Source: Actinomycetes bacterium (lineage in GTDB: Bacteria; Actinomycetota; Actinomycetes; Actinomycetales; Cellulomonadaceae). Taken from it: a stretch of 42,165 nucleotides of DNA. The translations under genes were made by a program, and so were the position numbers. Below the pieces are notes generated by a model. That model saw only the letters and a program-made list of their open reading frames with translations. It ran no database searches and was not told where the DNA came from. Location of the stretch: NCBI GenBank assembly GCA_023389455.1, contig JAEWEJ010000422.1, positions 1 to 42,165 of the forward strand, read 5' to 3'. Shown here piece after piece: positions 1-9,153 of this stretch (positions are counted from its first letter, which is position 1; each line of letters begins with the position of its first letter).

Positions 1-731
1 CGGAAGACGTCGACCTTGATCTCCGACTCGGGGATCTCGATGGAGTCGGTCTGCTCGATGAGCGGGATGACCTCGACCGCGGCGAAGGACGTCTGACGAC
101 GGCCCTGGTTGTCGAACGGGGAGATGCGCACCAGGCGGTGGGTGCCCGCCTCGACCGACAGGTGCCCGAACGCGTACGGCGCCTTGACCTCGAACGTCGC
201 CGACTTCAGCCCCGCCTCCTCGGCGTAGGAGGTGTCGAGCACGGACGTCGCGTAGCCGTGGCGCTCCGCCCAGCGCAGGTACATGCGCATGAGCATCTCG
301 GCGAAGTCGGCCGCGTCGACGCCGCCGGCGCCCGCGCGGATCGTGACGACCGCGTCGCGGATGTCGTACTCGCCGGCCAGCAGGGTGCGGACCTCGAGCT
401 CGCCCAGGTCCTTGCGGATCTTCACGAGGTCGGCCTCGGCCTCGGCGAGGGTGTCGGCGTCGTCCTCCTCGGTCGCCATCTCGACCAGGGTCTCGAGGTC
501 GTCGATCCGGCCGCCGAGCTTGGTGACGCGGTCGAGCTCGGACTGCGCCTGCGACAGCGCGCTCGTGACCTTCTGCGCCGCGTCGGGGTCGTCCCACAGG
601 TCGGGGGCGGACGCCTGCTCGGAGAGCTCGGCGATCTTCGCCCGCAGCGCCGTCGGGTCGCTCACCGCCTGGATCGACTCCAGCGTGGAGCGCAGCTCGC
701 GGATCTCGGCAGGGAAGTCGGTGGTGGCCAC
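1..731 (-). CDS. prfB: Peptide chain release factor 2 (runs off the left edge of the window)
   Basis: Manual translation from GTG at 731: [49 protein letters not shown]...[27 protein letters not shown]...[25 protein letters not shown] is the RF2 recognition tripeptide. No internal frameshift. Confidence 0.96.
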   Translation of the reverse strand, partial: MATTDFPAEIRELRSTLESIQAVSDPTALRAKIAELSEQASAPDLWDDPDAAQKVTSALSQAQSELDRVTKLGGRIDDLETLVEMATEEDDADTLAEAEADLVKIRKDLGELEVRTLLAGEYDIRDAVVTIRAGAGGVDAADFAEMLMRMYLRWAERHGYATSVLDTSYAEEAGLKSATFEVKAPYAFGHLSVEAGTHRLVRISPFDNQGRRQTSFAAVEVIPLIEQTDSIEIPESEIKVDVF

Positions 732-770
732 GGCCGTCCAGGCTACCCGCTCCGCGCGGTCCTCCCGGCG

Positions 771-1655
771 TCAGTCCGGCACGGCGCGCGAGACGAGCAC
801 CGGGCAGGAGGCACGGGCGACGAGCCACTGGCTCACCGACCCGAGCACGAGACCCGCGAGCCCGCTGCGTCCGCGGGTGCCCACGACCAGCAGGTCCGCC
901 TGCTCCGCGTGCCGCGCGAGCACGTGCGCGGGCTGCCCCTCCTCGACGAGCTCCTCCAGCGGCACGTCGGGGTACTGCTCGTGCAGGACCACCCGGGCCC
1001 GCTGGAGCGCGGCGTCGGCGGTGCTGCGGGCGACGTCCTCGGGTGACACGTCGGGGTGGTCGCGCAGCCAGTCGGCCAGCGACCTGCCGCGCAGCGGCGC
1101 CTGCCAGCAGGCCACGGCCCGCAGGCGCGCACCCGTGCGCGCCGCGTACCGGCCGGCCGCGGCCGTCGCACCGAGCGACTGGCGCGAGCCGTCGACACCG
1201 ACGACCACCAGGCCCGTGGGCGCGTGGTCGAGGCGGGTGCGCGGCACGACGACGACGGGGCACGGGGCGTGCTGCAGCGTGCCGAGCGCGACGGACCCGA
1301 GCAGCACGCCCGACAGGCGCGCCGACCCCTGGCGCCCCACGACGACGAGCGGCGCGTGCACGGCCCTGTCGACGAGTGCCCGTGCCGGCGGACCGTCGTC
1401 GAGCACGGCGCTCACCTCGAGACCCGGCACCTCGTCACGGGCGACCTGCGCGCCCTCCTCGGCGACCTCGCGCGCACCCTCCCGGAGGTACGCCGACGCC
1501 GCGCGCGTGGGCGGGGTGTCCAGCTGCCCGGCGAGCCCCCAGACGTGCACGACCTGCAGCGGGACCTCGAGGCGCTGCGCCGCGCCGGCGGCCCACCTGA
1601 CGGCCGCGACCGACTCCGGCGACCCGTCGTACCCGACGACCACGTGCGACCCCAT
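771..1655 (-). CDS. Universal stress protein with tandem UspA domains
   Basis: Two VVVGxDGS starts and two GxxG..G..LGSV motifs ending in CPVxV; GAGGAGG RBS before ATG at 1655. Confidence 0.93.
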   Translation of the reverse strand: MGSHVVVGYDGSPESVAAVRWAAGAAQRLEVPLQVVHVWGLAGQLDTPPTRAASAYLREGAREVAEEGAQVARDEVPGLEVSAVLDDGPPARALVDRAVHAPLVVVGRQGSARLSGVLLGSVALGTLQHAPCPVVVVPRTRLDHAPTGLVVVGVDGSRQSLGATAAAGRYAARTGARLRAVACWQAPLRGRSLADWLRDHPDVSPEDVARSTADAALQRARVVLHEQYPDVPLEELVEEGQPAHVLARHAEQADLLVVGTRGRSGLAGLVLGSVSQWLVARASCPVLVSRAVPD

Positions 1656-1788
1656 CAGGACCTCCTCGTCCGACGTCGTGACCCGATCGTGCTCCTGCAG
1701 GCCCCGGGCCACAAGGGCGCCGTTGCACGCCGCGCGACGGTGCGGCCACCGCCTGCCGCGTCCCGGCGCCGCGGGGGGCGCGACGGGC

Positions 1789-2283
1789 TCACCGGCCGCC
1801 CGCCACCTCCAGCGCGACGCCGACGGCGAGCGCGAGCGCCCCGGCGAGGGACGACACGGCCCGGACCGAGTTGGCGGGTGTCCACCGCGCGAGGTAGTCC
1901 CGCCAGGTCGCGACGCCCGCGGGCGACTGCGGTGACGCTGCCGCGAGCCGGTCGTTCAGCGGCACGTGGTGAGCGACCGTGAGGACGAACCCCGCCAGGT
2001 ACAGGACGGCGCCCGCCACCAGCAGCAGCGCCGGCAGACCGCGCCCACCACCGGCGAGCACCCGCACCACGACGTACCCGGCGGCGAGCGCGGAGCCGAA
2101 GAACACCGTCATGAACGGCGCCCGGACGGCGTTCCGGTTGAGCTGCTGCATGGCCGCGATGCCCTGCGCGTCGGGCAGCGCCGCGAGCCGCGGCATCACC
2201 CGCAGCGAGAAGCCGGCGTACACGCCACCGGCGACCGCGGAGCCCACGGCAGCGAGCACCGCGACGAGCGTCAGGACGGACAC
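1789..2283 (-). CDS. DUF1772 / anthrone oxygenase-family membrane protein
   Basis: GVYAGFSLRVMPRL..L....GIAAMQQLN, HVPLNDRLAA and W..YLARWTPANSVR motifs; GAGGAG RBS before GTG at 2283. Confidence 0.85.
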   Translation of the reverse strand: MSVLTLVAVLAAVGSAVAGGVYAGFSLRVMPRLAALPDAQGIAAMQQLNRNAVRAPFMTVFFGSALAAGYVVVRVLAGGGRGLPALLLVAGAVLYLAGFVLTVAHHVPLNDRLAAASPQSPAGVATWRDYLARWTPANSVRAVSSLAGALALAVGVALEVAGGR

Positions 2284-2332
2284 GGTGCAGCTCCTCGCGG
2301 TCGGGACGGCGACGCCACGCCGCCTGCCGACC

Positions 2333-2361
2333 ATCCCAGCGCGCGGGCCGCGGGCGTACAA
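2333..2361 (-). promoter_or_regulatory. Candidate housekeeping promoter of the DUF1772 gene
   Basis: TTGTAC-17 bp-TGGGAT on the minus strand. Confidence 0.45.
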
Positions 2362-2527
2362 GCGGTGCCACGGGGTGAGTCGCACGGGTGCCGCGACCGG
2401 GGTGAGGCCGGACGGGGTGCGGCCGCGTGACGACGGGCGGCACGCGCGGGCGGTTCCTGGGACGCGCTGACGGGCGGCGTTCCCCACCCGGTTCGCCCCG
2501 CCCGCGCCACCGGCCGGGCCTTCAGGT

Positions 2528-3037
2528 TCAGGACGCTCGTGCCGTCGCCTCGGCCTCGAGCGCGATGCCGCCCGTCCACGGCTCGAGCACCCACGTGACC
2601 AGCGGCGGCCGGGTCACGGCGGCGAGCCGCACGCGAGCCGACCGGCCGTCGGGCGTCGACGCCTCCAGCACGCGGACGCCGTCCCACCGCGCCGCCGGGT
2701 CCGGGTGGTCGGCGACGTACCGGTCGACCGCTGCCCTCACCGTCGCGTCCGTCAGCGGGACCCCTGCCTCGCCACGCTCCCCCGCGCTCCCGAAGTACCG
2801 GTCGCTGACCTGGTCGGCCGCTGCGAGCGCCGCGAGGTCGGCGACGGCGAGCAGGCGCTTGCGGTCCAGGTGCACGGCGGTCGCCGCCGCGACGACGAGC
2901 ACGAGCAGGATCGCGAGGACCGCGAAGCCCAGCGACAGGATCATCACCTGTCCGTCGTCGCCCGCCGGGACGCGTCCTCGTGCGCGCATCGAGCGGCGCG
3001 CCCACGACCGCCCCGTCCCTGGCCTGCCGCCCGTCAC
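2528..3037 (-). CDS. TadG-like pilus assembly protein
   Basis: DDG|QVMILSLGFAVLAILLVLVV pseudopilin helix followed by L..AD.AALAAAD; GTGA overlap with the upstream stop. Confidence 0.82.
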   Translation of the reverse strand: MTGGRPGTGRSWARRSMRARGRVPAGDDGQVMILSLGFAVLAILLVLVVAAATAVHLDRKRLLAVADLAALAAADQVSDRYFGSAGERGEAGVPLTDATVRAAVDRYVADHPDPAARWDGVRVLEASTPDGRSARVRLAAVTRPPLVTWVLEPWTGGIALEAEATARAS

Positions 3038-3630
3038 CGCGCCACCCGGTACGCATCCACCGGTGCGACACGCTCGGCCCCGACGGGCACCTCGAGCGGC
3101 ACGACGTCGCCCACGAACGAGGGGACGAACGGCAGCGCCACACGCACCTCGACGCTCGCCGCGACCTCCGCGCCCGGGGTGAGGCAGGGGTCCGCGGAGC
3201 ACCGGACGCGCAGTGCAGCGGCCGGGTCGTCGTCGAACCCCTGGTCCGCGAGCGCCACAGCGACGGCGGTCAGCGCGCGGGCCGCCCCCTGCTCCGAGTC
3301 GTCCGCGGCGACGTACACGCGCGCCGCCTCCCGCGCCGCACCCTCGACCGCGAAGGTCGCGGCCTGGATGCGCCCCAGGACGAGCACGAGGTACACGACC
3401 GGCACGAGCAGGACGAGCGAGATCCCGAGGAACTCGACCAGTGCGCTGCCGCCGTCGCTCGCACGCCCGGCGAGCCGCCTGCCCCACCACCGTCGGACGC
3501 GGCGCAGGCGACCCGGCTCGCCCGACCCGTCCGCGACGGACCCGCTCACGACGGCGGAGGCCACGACCACCTCGCTCGCGACCACCTCGCCCACGGCCGT
3601 CTCGCTCACGACCACCTCGCTCACGACCAC
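3034..3630 (-). CDS. TadE-like pseudopilin (start uncertain, repeat-derived N-terminus)
   Basis: DGG|SALVEFLGISLVLLVPVVYL and AAREAAR TadE motifs. Confidence 0.85.
   Translation of the reverse strand: MVVSEVVVSETAVGEVVASEVVVASAVVSGSVADGSGEPGRLRRVRRWWGRRLAGRASDGGSALVEFLGISLVLLVPVVYLVLVLGRIQAATFAVEGAAREAARVYVAADDSEQGAARALTAVAVALADQGFDDDPAAALRVRCSADPCLTPGAEVAASVEVRVALPFVPSFVGDVVPLEVPVGAERVAPVDAYRVAR
3541..3630 (-). repeat. Degenerate 15-bp tandem repeat, about 6 units (GTGGTCGTGAGCGAG)
   Basis: Units: gtggtcgtgagcgag x2, acggccgtgggcgag, gtggtcgcgagcgag, gtggtcgtggcctcc, gccgtcgtgagcggg. Encodes VVVSEVVVSETAVGEVVASEVVVAS. Confidence 0.8.
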
Positions 3631-4025
3631 TCCACGGGCGCGTGCCCGCTCAGCTCCATGACGCCGCCGGGCCCCAGCAGCCCGACGACCGGGAGCGGGA
3701 CCCGCACGGTGACCTCGACGAGCGCGAGCCCGGACACGTCCACCTGCCGCGCCGTGACGTCCTGCGCGTAGCGCTCGGAGAGCGACCCGCGCAGGAGGTC
3801 GATCGTGCGCTGCGTCCCGTCGGCCGGCGTGCGACCGACCTGGGCGGCGTACCGGGCACCCTCCCCCGCGGCGTCGATGCAGGTGTTGCGCACGTGCTGC
3901 ACCAGTCCGAGCTGCAGCACCGACGCGAACAGCACGACGACCAGCCCGCCCACGAGGGTGAAGTCGACGACGGCGGAGCCGCGGTCGACCGGCGGGCCGG
4001 CGGCGCGCGACAGGGTGCGCGTCAG
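3621..4025 (-). CDS. TadE-like pseudopilin (start uncertain, possibly CTG)
   Basis: DRG|SAVVDFTLVGGLVVVLF...DAAGEGARYAA; position within the Tad operon. Confidence 0.8.
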   Translation of the reverse strand: MTRTLSRAAGPPVDRGSAVVDFTLVGGLVVVLFASVLQLGLVQHVRNTCIDAAGEGARYAAQVGRTPADGTQRTIDLLRGSLSERYAQDVTARQVDVSGLALVEVTVRVPLPVVGLLGPGGVMELSGHAPVEWS

Positions 4026-4228
4026 GTCCCCGAGCGCGGCTGGACGCCGTTGACCGCGTTGACGAACAGCGTCTGCAGCGCGTCGCCCGCGGCGAACCAG
4101 AGCACGGAGACGAGCCCCGCGGTCATGAGCGTGACCAGGACCCACCCGGGCACGTCGCCACGCTCGGGGTGCCCTCCCCCCGCGACCCTCGCGGTGAACG
4201 CGCCCCACGTGCGGACCAGGAACCTCAT
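4022..4228 (-). CDS. Flp-like pilin, actinobacterial RGDVPGW type
   Basis: 68 aa with GGAGG RBS; ERG|DVPGWVLVTLMTAGLVSVLW hydrophobic helix directly after tadC. Confidence 0.82.
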   Translation of the reverse strand: MRFLVRTWGAFTARVAGGGHPERGDVPGWVLVTLMTAGLVSVLWFAAGDALQTLFVNAVNGVQPRSGT

Positions 4229-4291
4229 CGTCGACCTCCGTCGTCGTGCGGGCGGCGCCAGCCGGCGCGCCCGCGTGCGTCGCGGCCGGGG

Positions 4292-5221
4292 TCACAGCCC
4301 CACCCGCAGGAAGACCGCGCCGGGGAAGACGGCGAACAGGACGGTGACCGGGAGGATGAGGAACACCACCGGGACCATCATGAGCACCTCCTTGCGCCCG
4401 CCGGTCTGCATCAGGGCGCGTCGCCCCTCCTCGCGCACGTCCTGCGCCTGGGCACGCAGGACGTCGGCGAGCGGCGACCCGCGTTCCACCGCGACGGCCA
4501 CGCCCTCGGCGAACCGCGCGAGCGCGGGCAGACCGGTGCGGTCGGCCAGCCCCTGCAGCGCCGAGGTCAGGGGCGCACCGGCGCGCGCGTGCGCCAGGGT
4601 GCGGGCGAGCTCCTCGGCCAGCTCGCCGTGCGTCTGGCGCACGACGCGCTCCAGCGCGCCGGTGGCACCCTCGCCGGCGCTGACGGCAAGGGCGAGCAGC
4701 TCGGTGATCGTCGGCATCTGCGCGAGGAGCCGCGCCTCACGGCGGGCGACCTGCTGACCCAGCAGCCAGTCGGGCGCGAGCGCCCCCAGCACGGTGGCGA
4801 CCAGGACGAGGGCGACCAGCGGGACGAGCGCGCCGCCGCGCGTGGCGGCCAGCACCACGGCGACGAGCAGACCGAGCGCGAGCCCGAGCGCACCGCACAC
4901 GACCTGCTGGGCGCGGAACTGCTCGACGGTCTCGGTACGGCCGGCCCGCGACAGGCGTCGGCGCAGCTCGGCGGCGGGCGAGCCCAGACGGGCGACCAGC
5001 CGGACGCCGTCCGAGAGGAACGGTGCGACGAGCCGCTCGACCACGCCCCACGGGCCCGGAGCGGCCTCGGCGCGCAGCAACGACGACGTGCCACGGGTAC
5101 GCAGGTACGGCCCCACGCGCTGGTCCAGCGTGATCCGACGCGCCCGCAGCCGCAGCACCACCAGGACGAGGCCGGACCCGCCCATCAGCCCGACGAGGGC
5201 CCCGACCAGCCCCGGGGTCAC
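4292..5221 (-). CDS. tadC: TadC, type II secretion system F-family platform protein
   Basis: ELLALAVSAGEG..GALERV, ERGSPLADVLRAQAQDVRE and MMVPVVFLILP; GTGA overlap with the tadB stop. Confidence 0.9.
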   Translation of the reverse strand: MTPGLVGALVGLMGGSGLVLVVLRLRARRITLDQRVGPYLRTRGTSSLLRAEAAPGPWGVVERLVAPFLSDGVRLVARLGSPAAELRRRLSRAGRTETVEQFRAQQVVCGALGLALGLLVAVVLAATRGGALVPLVALVLVATVLGALAPDWLLGQQVARREARLLAQMPTITELLALAVSAGEGATGALERVVRQTHGELAEELARTLAHARAGAPLTSALQGLADRTGLPALARFAEGVAVAVERGSPLADVLRAQAQDVREEGRRALMQTGGRKEVLMMVPVVFLILPVTVLFAVFPGAVFLRVGL

Positions 5222-6078
5222 CGCAGCACCCGCGGGTCGTCGGGCAGCCGCGCGACACGCAGCATCAGGCGGTACGCGACGACGGTGCACGCCGCGCCGG
5301 CGAGCAGCACGACCGCACCGGCCGGCGAGTCGTACGCCGCGATCGCGTCGGGCCGCGTGGCGAGCATCGCCAGCACCAGCCACGGTGCGGCGACGGCCAT
5401 CCGTGCGGCGTAGACGGTCCAGCTCTGCCGGGCCTCGATCTCGCCACGCGTGCGCAGGTCGTCCCGCAGGAACGACGACAGGGTGCGCAGCAGGCGGCCG
5501 AGGTCCGTGCCGCCGACGTCGCGCGTGAGCCGCAGCGCCTCGACGATGCGGTCCGCCACTGGGTCAGCGAGGCGCTCCTTGAGCGCGTCCAGGCTGTCCG
5601 CGAACCGACCGGAGGCCCGGTAGTCCTCCGCGAACGCCCGGAACTGCGGGCGCAGCTCGGCAGGTCCGCGGTCACCGAGCTGCGCGACCGCCTCCGGCAG
5701 CGACAGCCCGGCGCGCACCCCGGACGCCAGGTGGTCGACCACGTCGGGCCACAGCTCACGCGTCGCGGCCAGCCGGCGGCGGGCGCGCCCGCGCACCAAC
5801 GTCCACGGCGCCGTCGCGGCGAACGCCCCGAAGCACAGGCTGACGACGGGCACCGGCACGACCAGGAACGAGACCGCCGCCACCACGAGCCCGACGAGCC
5901 CGCTCACCGCGACCAGACCGCCGGGCGTGACGCCCGTGACCTCGGCCTGGGTCAGCGTGTCGCGCACCCGCACCGCCCAGCCGTCACGACCGTCCGCCAC
6001 CGGCTCGGCGACCGGCCACCACGACCACCACAGGCACGCGAGGCCCACGCCCAGCAGCAGACCCACCACGGCGCCCAC
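5218..6078 (-). CDS. tadB: TadB, type II secretion system F-family platform protein
   Basis: WPDVVDHLASGVRAGLSLPEA and GGTDLGRLLRTL; follows tadA. Confidence 0.9.
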   Translation of the reverse strand: MGAVVGLLLGVGLACLWWSWWPVAEPVADGRDGWAVRVRDTLTQAEVTGVTPGGLVAVSGLVGLVVAAVSFLVVPVPVVSLCFGAFAATAPWTLVRGRARRRLAATRELWPDVVDHLASGVRAGLSLPEAVAQLGDRGPAELRPQFRAFAEDYRASGRFADSLDALKERLADPVADRIVEALRLTRDVGGTDLGRLLRTLSSFLRDDLRTRGEIEARQSWTVYAARMAVAAPWLVLAMLATRPDAIAAYDSPAGAVVLLAGAACTVVAYRLMLRVARLPDDPRVLR

Positions 6079-6081
6079 GGC

Positions 6082-7305
6082 TCAGGCCTGCCGCAGCATG
6101 GCGACGGGGTCGATGCCGGCGCGCGCGAACCGCTCGGGGTGCGGCGGGAAGCCGTCGCCCCGCACGAGGAGCCCGCCCCGGGTGGTGAACAGGTCGGCCG
6201 TCTCCACGACCCCGGCCTCCACCCGCCCGGGCACCGCCACGACCTCCCGGGTGCGTCGACGACCCCGGGCGTCGACCTCGAGGTGCACCACGAGGTCCAC
6301 GGACGCCGCGACGGTCGGCACGACGAACCGGTCGGAGATGTTCTCGCCCGCGAGCAGCGGCAGCGTGCACAGCTTGGTGAGGGCCTCACGCGCGGAGCTG
6401 GCGTGGATCGTGCACATGGCGGGCACGCCGCTGTTGAGCGCGATGAGCAGGTCCAGCGCCTCCGCCTCCCGCACCTCTCCCACGAGCAGCCGGTCGGGGC
6501 GCATGCGCAGCGCCTCCTTGACCAGGCGGCGCAGGGTGATCTCGCCGGTGCCCTCGAGGTTGGCCTGCCGCGTCTGCATCGCCACCCAGTCGCGCACCGC
6601 GGGCCGCAGCTCGAAGACCTCCTCGCAGCTGATGACGCGCTCCCGCGCCGGCACCGCGCCGACCAGCGCGTTGAGCATCGTGGTCTTGCCGGCCTGGGTC
6701 GCGCCGGAGACGAGCACGTTCAGCCCCACGTGGACCGCGGCCTTGAGGAACGCGGCCGCCTGCGGCGTCAGCGACCCCAGGCCGACCATGTCCTCCATGC
6801 TCGTGGCCCGCGCCACGTACTTGCGGATGTTCACCGACCAGTGGCGCCGCGTGACGTCCGGGATCACGGCGTGCAGCCTCTCCCCGCCCGGCAACGACGC
6901 GTCCACGAACGGGCTCGACAGGTCGAGCCGGCGGCCTGAGACCTTGAGCATCCGCTCGACCAGGTCACGCACCTGCGTCTCGGTCAGGATCGTCGTGGTC
7001 AGCTCCGGCTCGCCCCGGCGGGCGACGAACACCTGCGACGGGGAGTTGATCCAGATCTCCTCGACCTCGTCGTCGTCGAGGTAGCGCTGCAGCGGACCGA
7101 ACCCGGCGACGGCGTCGACGACCGCCTTGTGCGCGGCCGCCGTGTCGGGCAGGGCGGGCACGGACCCGAGCAGCGAGCGCTCGTCGTAGTCCGCCATCGC
7201 CGCGTGCACGAGGGCGACCACCCCGGCGCGGTCCCGCACGGGGTCGACGCCGCGACGCCGAATGAGCTCGCGGACCTCGCCCTCGAGGATCGCCACGCCG
7301 TCCAC
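6082..7305 (-). CDS. tadA: CpaF/TadA pilus assembly ATPase
   Basis: Walker A GATQAGKTT, LRMRPDRLLVGEVR, CTIHA and GFGPLQRYLDD..VEEIWIN. Confidence 0.95.
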   Translation of the reverse strand: MDGVAILEGEVRELIRRRGVDPVRDRAGVVALVHAAMADYDERSLLGSVPALPDTAAAHKAVVDAVAGFGPLQRYLDDDEVEEIWINSPSQVFVARRGEPELTTTILTETQVRDLVERMLKVSGRRLDLSSPFVDASLPGGERLHAVIPDVTRRHWSVNIRKYVARATSMEDMVGLGSLTPQAAAFLKAAVHVGLNVLVSGATQAGKTTMLNALVGAVPARERVISCEEVFELRPAVRDWVAMQTRQANLEGTGEITLRRLVKEALRMRPDRLLVGEVREAEALDLLIALNSGVPAMCTIHASSAREALTKLCTLPLLAGENISDRFVVPTVAASVDLVVHLEVDARGRRRTREVVAVPGRVEAGVVETADLFTTRGGLLVRGDGFPPHPERFARAGIDPVAMLRQA

Positions 7306-7452
7306 CCGCCACCTCCGCCCGCCGCGCGCCCGACGACCGTCTTGTCGGGTTCATCCGCATCCGGCAGCGACGGTAGGGCATCGACGCGCCCGGCGTGGGC
7401 GTTCGTCCACAGGACAGAACCGACGGGTGAACGCCCCGCGCCCCGCGCGCCG

Positions 7453-8937
7453 TCAGCCCGTGACGTCCAGCGGGACCTCCCCCGTGCTCGTCCGCCCCTG
7501 GCGCGGGTGCTGCTCGGCCACCAGCGTCGCCGCGCCGTCCTGCGTGACGCGCACGGTCGCGACCCAGCGGAACGGCGTCGTCACCGCGCGCACGGTGACG
7601 CGGTACGCGCCCGGCTCGGGCAGGTCCACCGACACCAGCGTGCGCAGCGCACGCCACGGGCCCCCGTGCTCGCTGGGCAGGACGGCCTCCTGTGCGAGCC
7701 ACCTGCCGTGGCCGGCCCGCAGCGTCACCTCGCCGCGCGTGGTGCGCACACGCACCACGTCGTGGTCCGGGCCCCCGTCGATCCGCAGGCCGCGCACCGG
7801 GCCGACGGGCCTGCGGAGCACCAGGTCACGCCCGACGAGCGAGGGCACGCCCTCGCCCTCGCGCCCGGCCGGCACCGGGTGCGCCAGACCGGCCAGCCGC
7901 TCACGCAGGGCGCCGTGCGCGTCGGGATCGGGGGGCAGCGGCTGGTCGGACAACCGGGGCAGCAGGTCCCACACGCGGTCGAGGACCCCCTGCATGTCGA
8001 GGTCACCGGCGGTCGTGGCGACCACGAGGTCGTGCGACGGCACCACGACGCAGAACTGACCGTGGGCGCCGTCGCCCCGGAAGGCGCCGTGCCGGCACCG
8101 CCACAGCTGGTACCCGTACCCCTGCTGCCAGTCCGGCGGACCGTCGGCCGACCGCGCCCCCTCCCCGTCCGCGCCTGCGTCCGACGTCGCCTCCGCGCCT
8201 GCGTCCGACGTCGCCTCCGCGACCCACCCCTCCGGCAGCACCCGCACCCCGTCCACCACCCCGTCCTGCGCCAGCAGGACCCCGAGCGCCGCGACGTCGC
8301 GGGTGCGCACGGCCAGCCCGAAGCCGCCCATGTCGACCCCGTGGGGGCACTGCTCCCACGTGGCACCGGTGATCCCGAGCGGCGCGAGCAGCCGCGGCTG
8401 CAGGTAGTCGAGCAGCCGCTGCCCGGTGAGCCGCGTGACGATCGCCGACAGCACGTACGTCGCGGCCGTGTTGTAGACGAACCACGTGCCGGGCGCGTGC
8501 TCGACCGGCAGCGAGAGGAACGTGCGCACCATGTCGCGGGTCGTGAACACCGTGTCGCTGGTGTCCTCGTGGTGGCCCGAGCGCATGGTCAGCAGGTCGC
8601 GCACCCGCATCGCGGCGAGGTGCGCCGACGGCTCGACCGGCGCCTCGTCCGGGAAGAACGACACGACCGGGTCGTCGAGGGACAGCAGCCCCTCGTCGCG
8701 GGCGAACCCGATGCCGATCGCCGTGAACGTCTTCGACAGCGAGTACAGGTCGTGCGGCAGGTCCGGCCCGTACGGGTCCCACCAGCCCTCGGCCACGACC
8801 GCCCCGCGCCGGACGACCATGACGGAGTGGAGCTCGTCGTGCCGGTCGAGCGCGTCGACGAGCTCGAGCAGCGCCGACGACGGCACCCCCCGCTCCTCGG
8901 GCGCACGACGGGGCAGGGCAGCGGCGGTGGGCTCCAT
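7453..8937 (-). CDS. Serine hydrolase, beta-lactamase/AmpC-like family
   Basis: SxxK (SLSK), LLTMRSG, APGTWFVYNT, GYGYQLW and GDGAHGQ; CATGAT -10 6 nt before ATG at 8937. Confidence 0.9.
   Translation of the reverse strand: MEPTAAALPRRAPEERGVPSSALLELVDALDRHDELHSVMVVRRGAVVAEGWWDPYGPDLPHDLYSLSKTFTAIGIGFARDEGLLSLDDPVVSFFPDEAPVEPSAHLAAMRVRDLLTMRSGHHEDTSDTVFTTRDMVRTFLSLPVEHAPGTWFVYNTAATYVLSAIVTRLTGQRLLDYLQPRLLAPLGITGATWEQCPHGVDMGGFGLAVRTRDVAALGVLLAQDGVVDGVRVLPEGWVAEATSDAGAEATSDAGADGEGARSADGPPDWQQGYGYQLWRCRHGAFRGDGAHGQFCVVVPSHDLVVATTAGDLDMQGVLDRVWDLLPRLSDQPLPPDPDAHGALRERLAGLAHPVPAGREGEGVPSLVGRDLVLRRPVGPVRGLRIDGGPDHDVVRVRTTRGEVTLRAGHGRWLAQEAVLPSEHGGPWRALRTLVSVDLPEPGAYRVTVRAVTTPFRWVATVRVTQDGAATLVAEQHPRQGRTSTGEVPLDVTG
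8168..8221. repeat. Exact 24-bp in-frame tandem duplication (AEATSDAG x2)
   Basis: tccgcgcctgcgtccgacgtcgcc at 8168-8191 and 8192-8215, plus a partial copy. Confidence 0.95.
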
Positions 8938-9153
8938 CCCGGGATCATGCTCCATGCCCGGGCCCGCTCGCGCCGGGCCTCGGTCCCGCACGTCGACACC
9001 CACCCGCACCCCGACGTCCCGCACGGCGACACCCGCCGCGCCGACACCCGAGCACCGCGGCCCCGCACCCGGCCCCGGTCCGGCGCCGCGTCCCGCGCAC
9101 CGCGGTACGGCGGGTCCCGAGGTGGGCACCGCGCCCCCGACTAGGTTGGTCCC

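Noticed and set aside
1..731. Programmed +1 frameshift in prfB
   Set aside because: The frame is continuous from GTG at 731 with no CTT-TGA slip site, as is usual for actinobacteria.
1656..1788. DosR-like box upstream of the Usp gene
   Set aside because: Best match (GGGCCACAAGGGCGC) is too degenerate to distinguish from GC-rich background.
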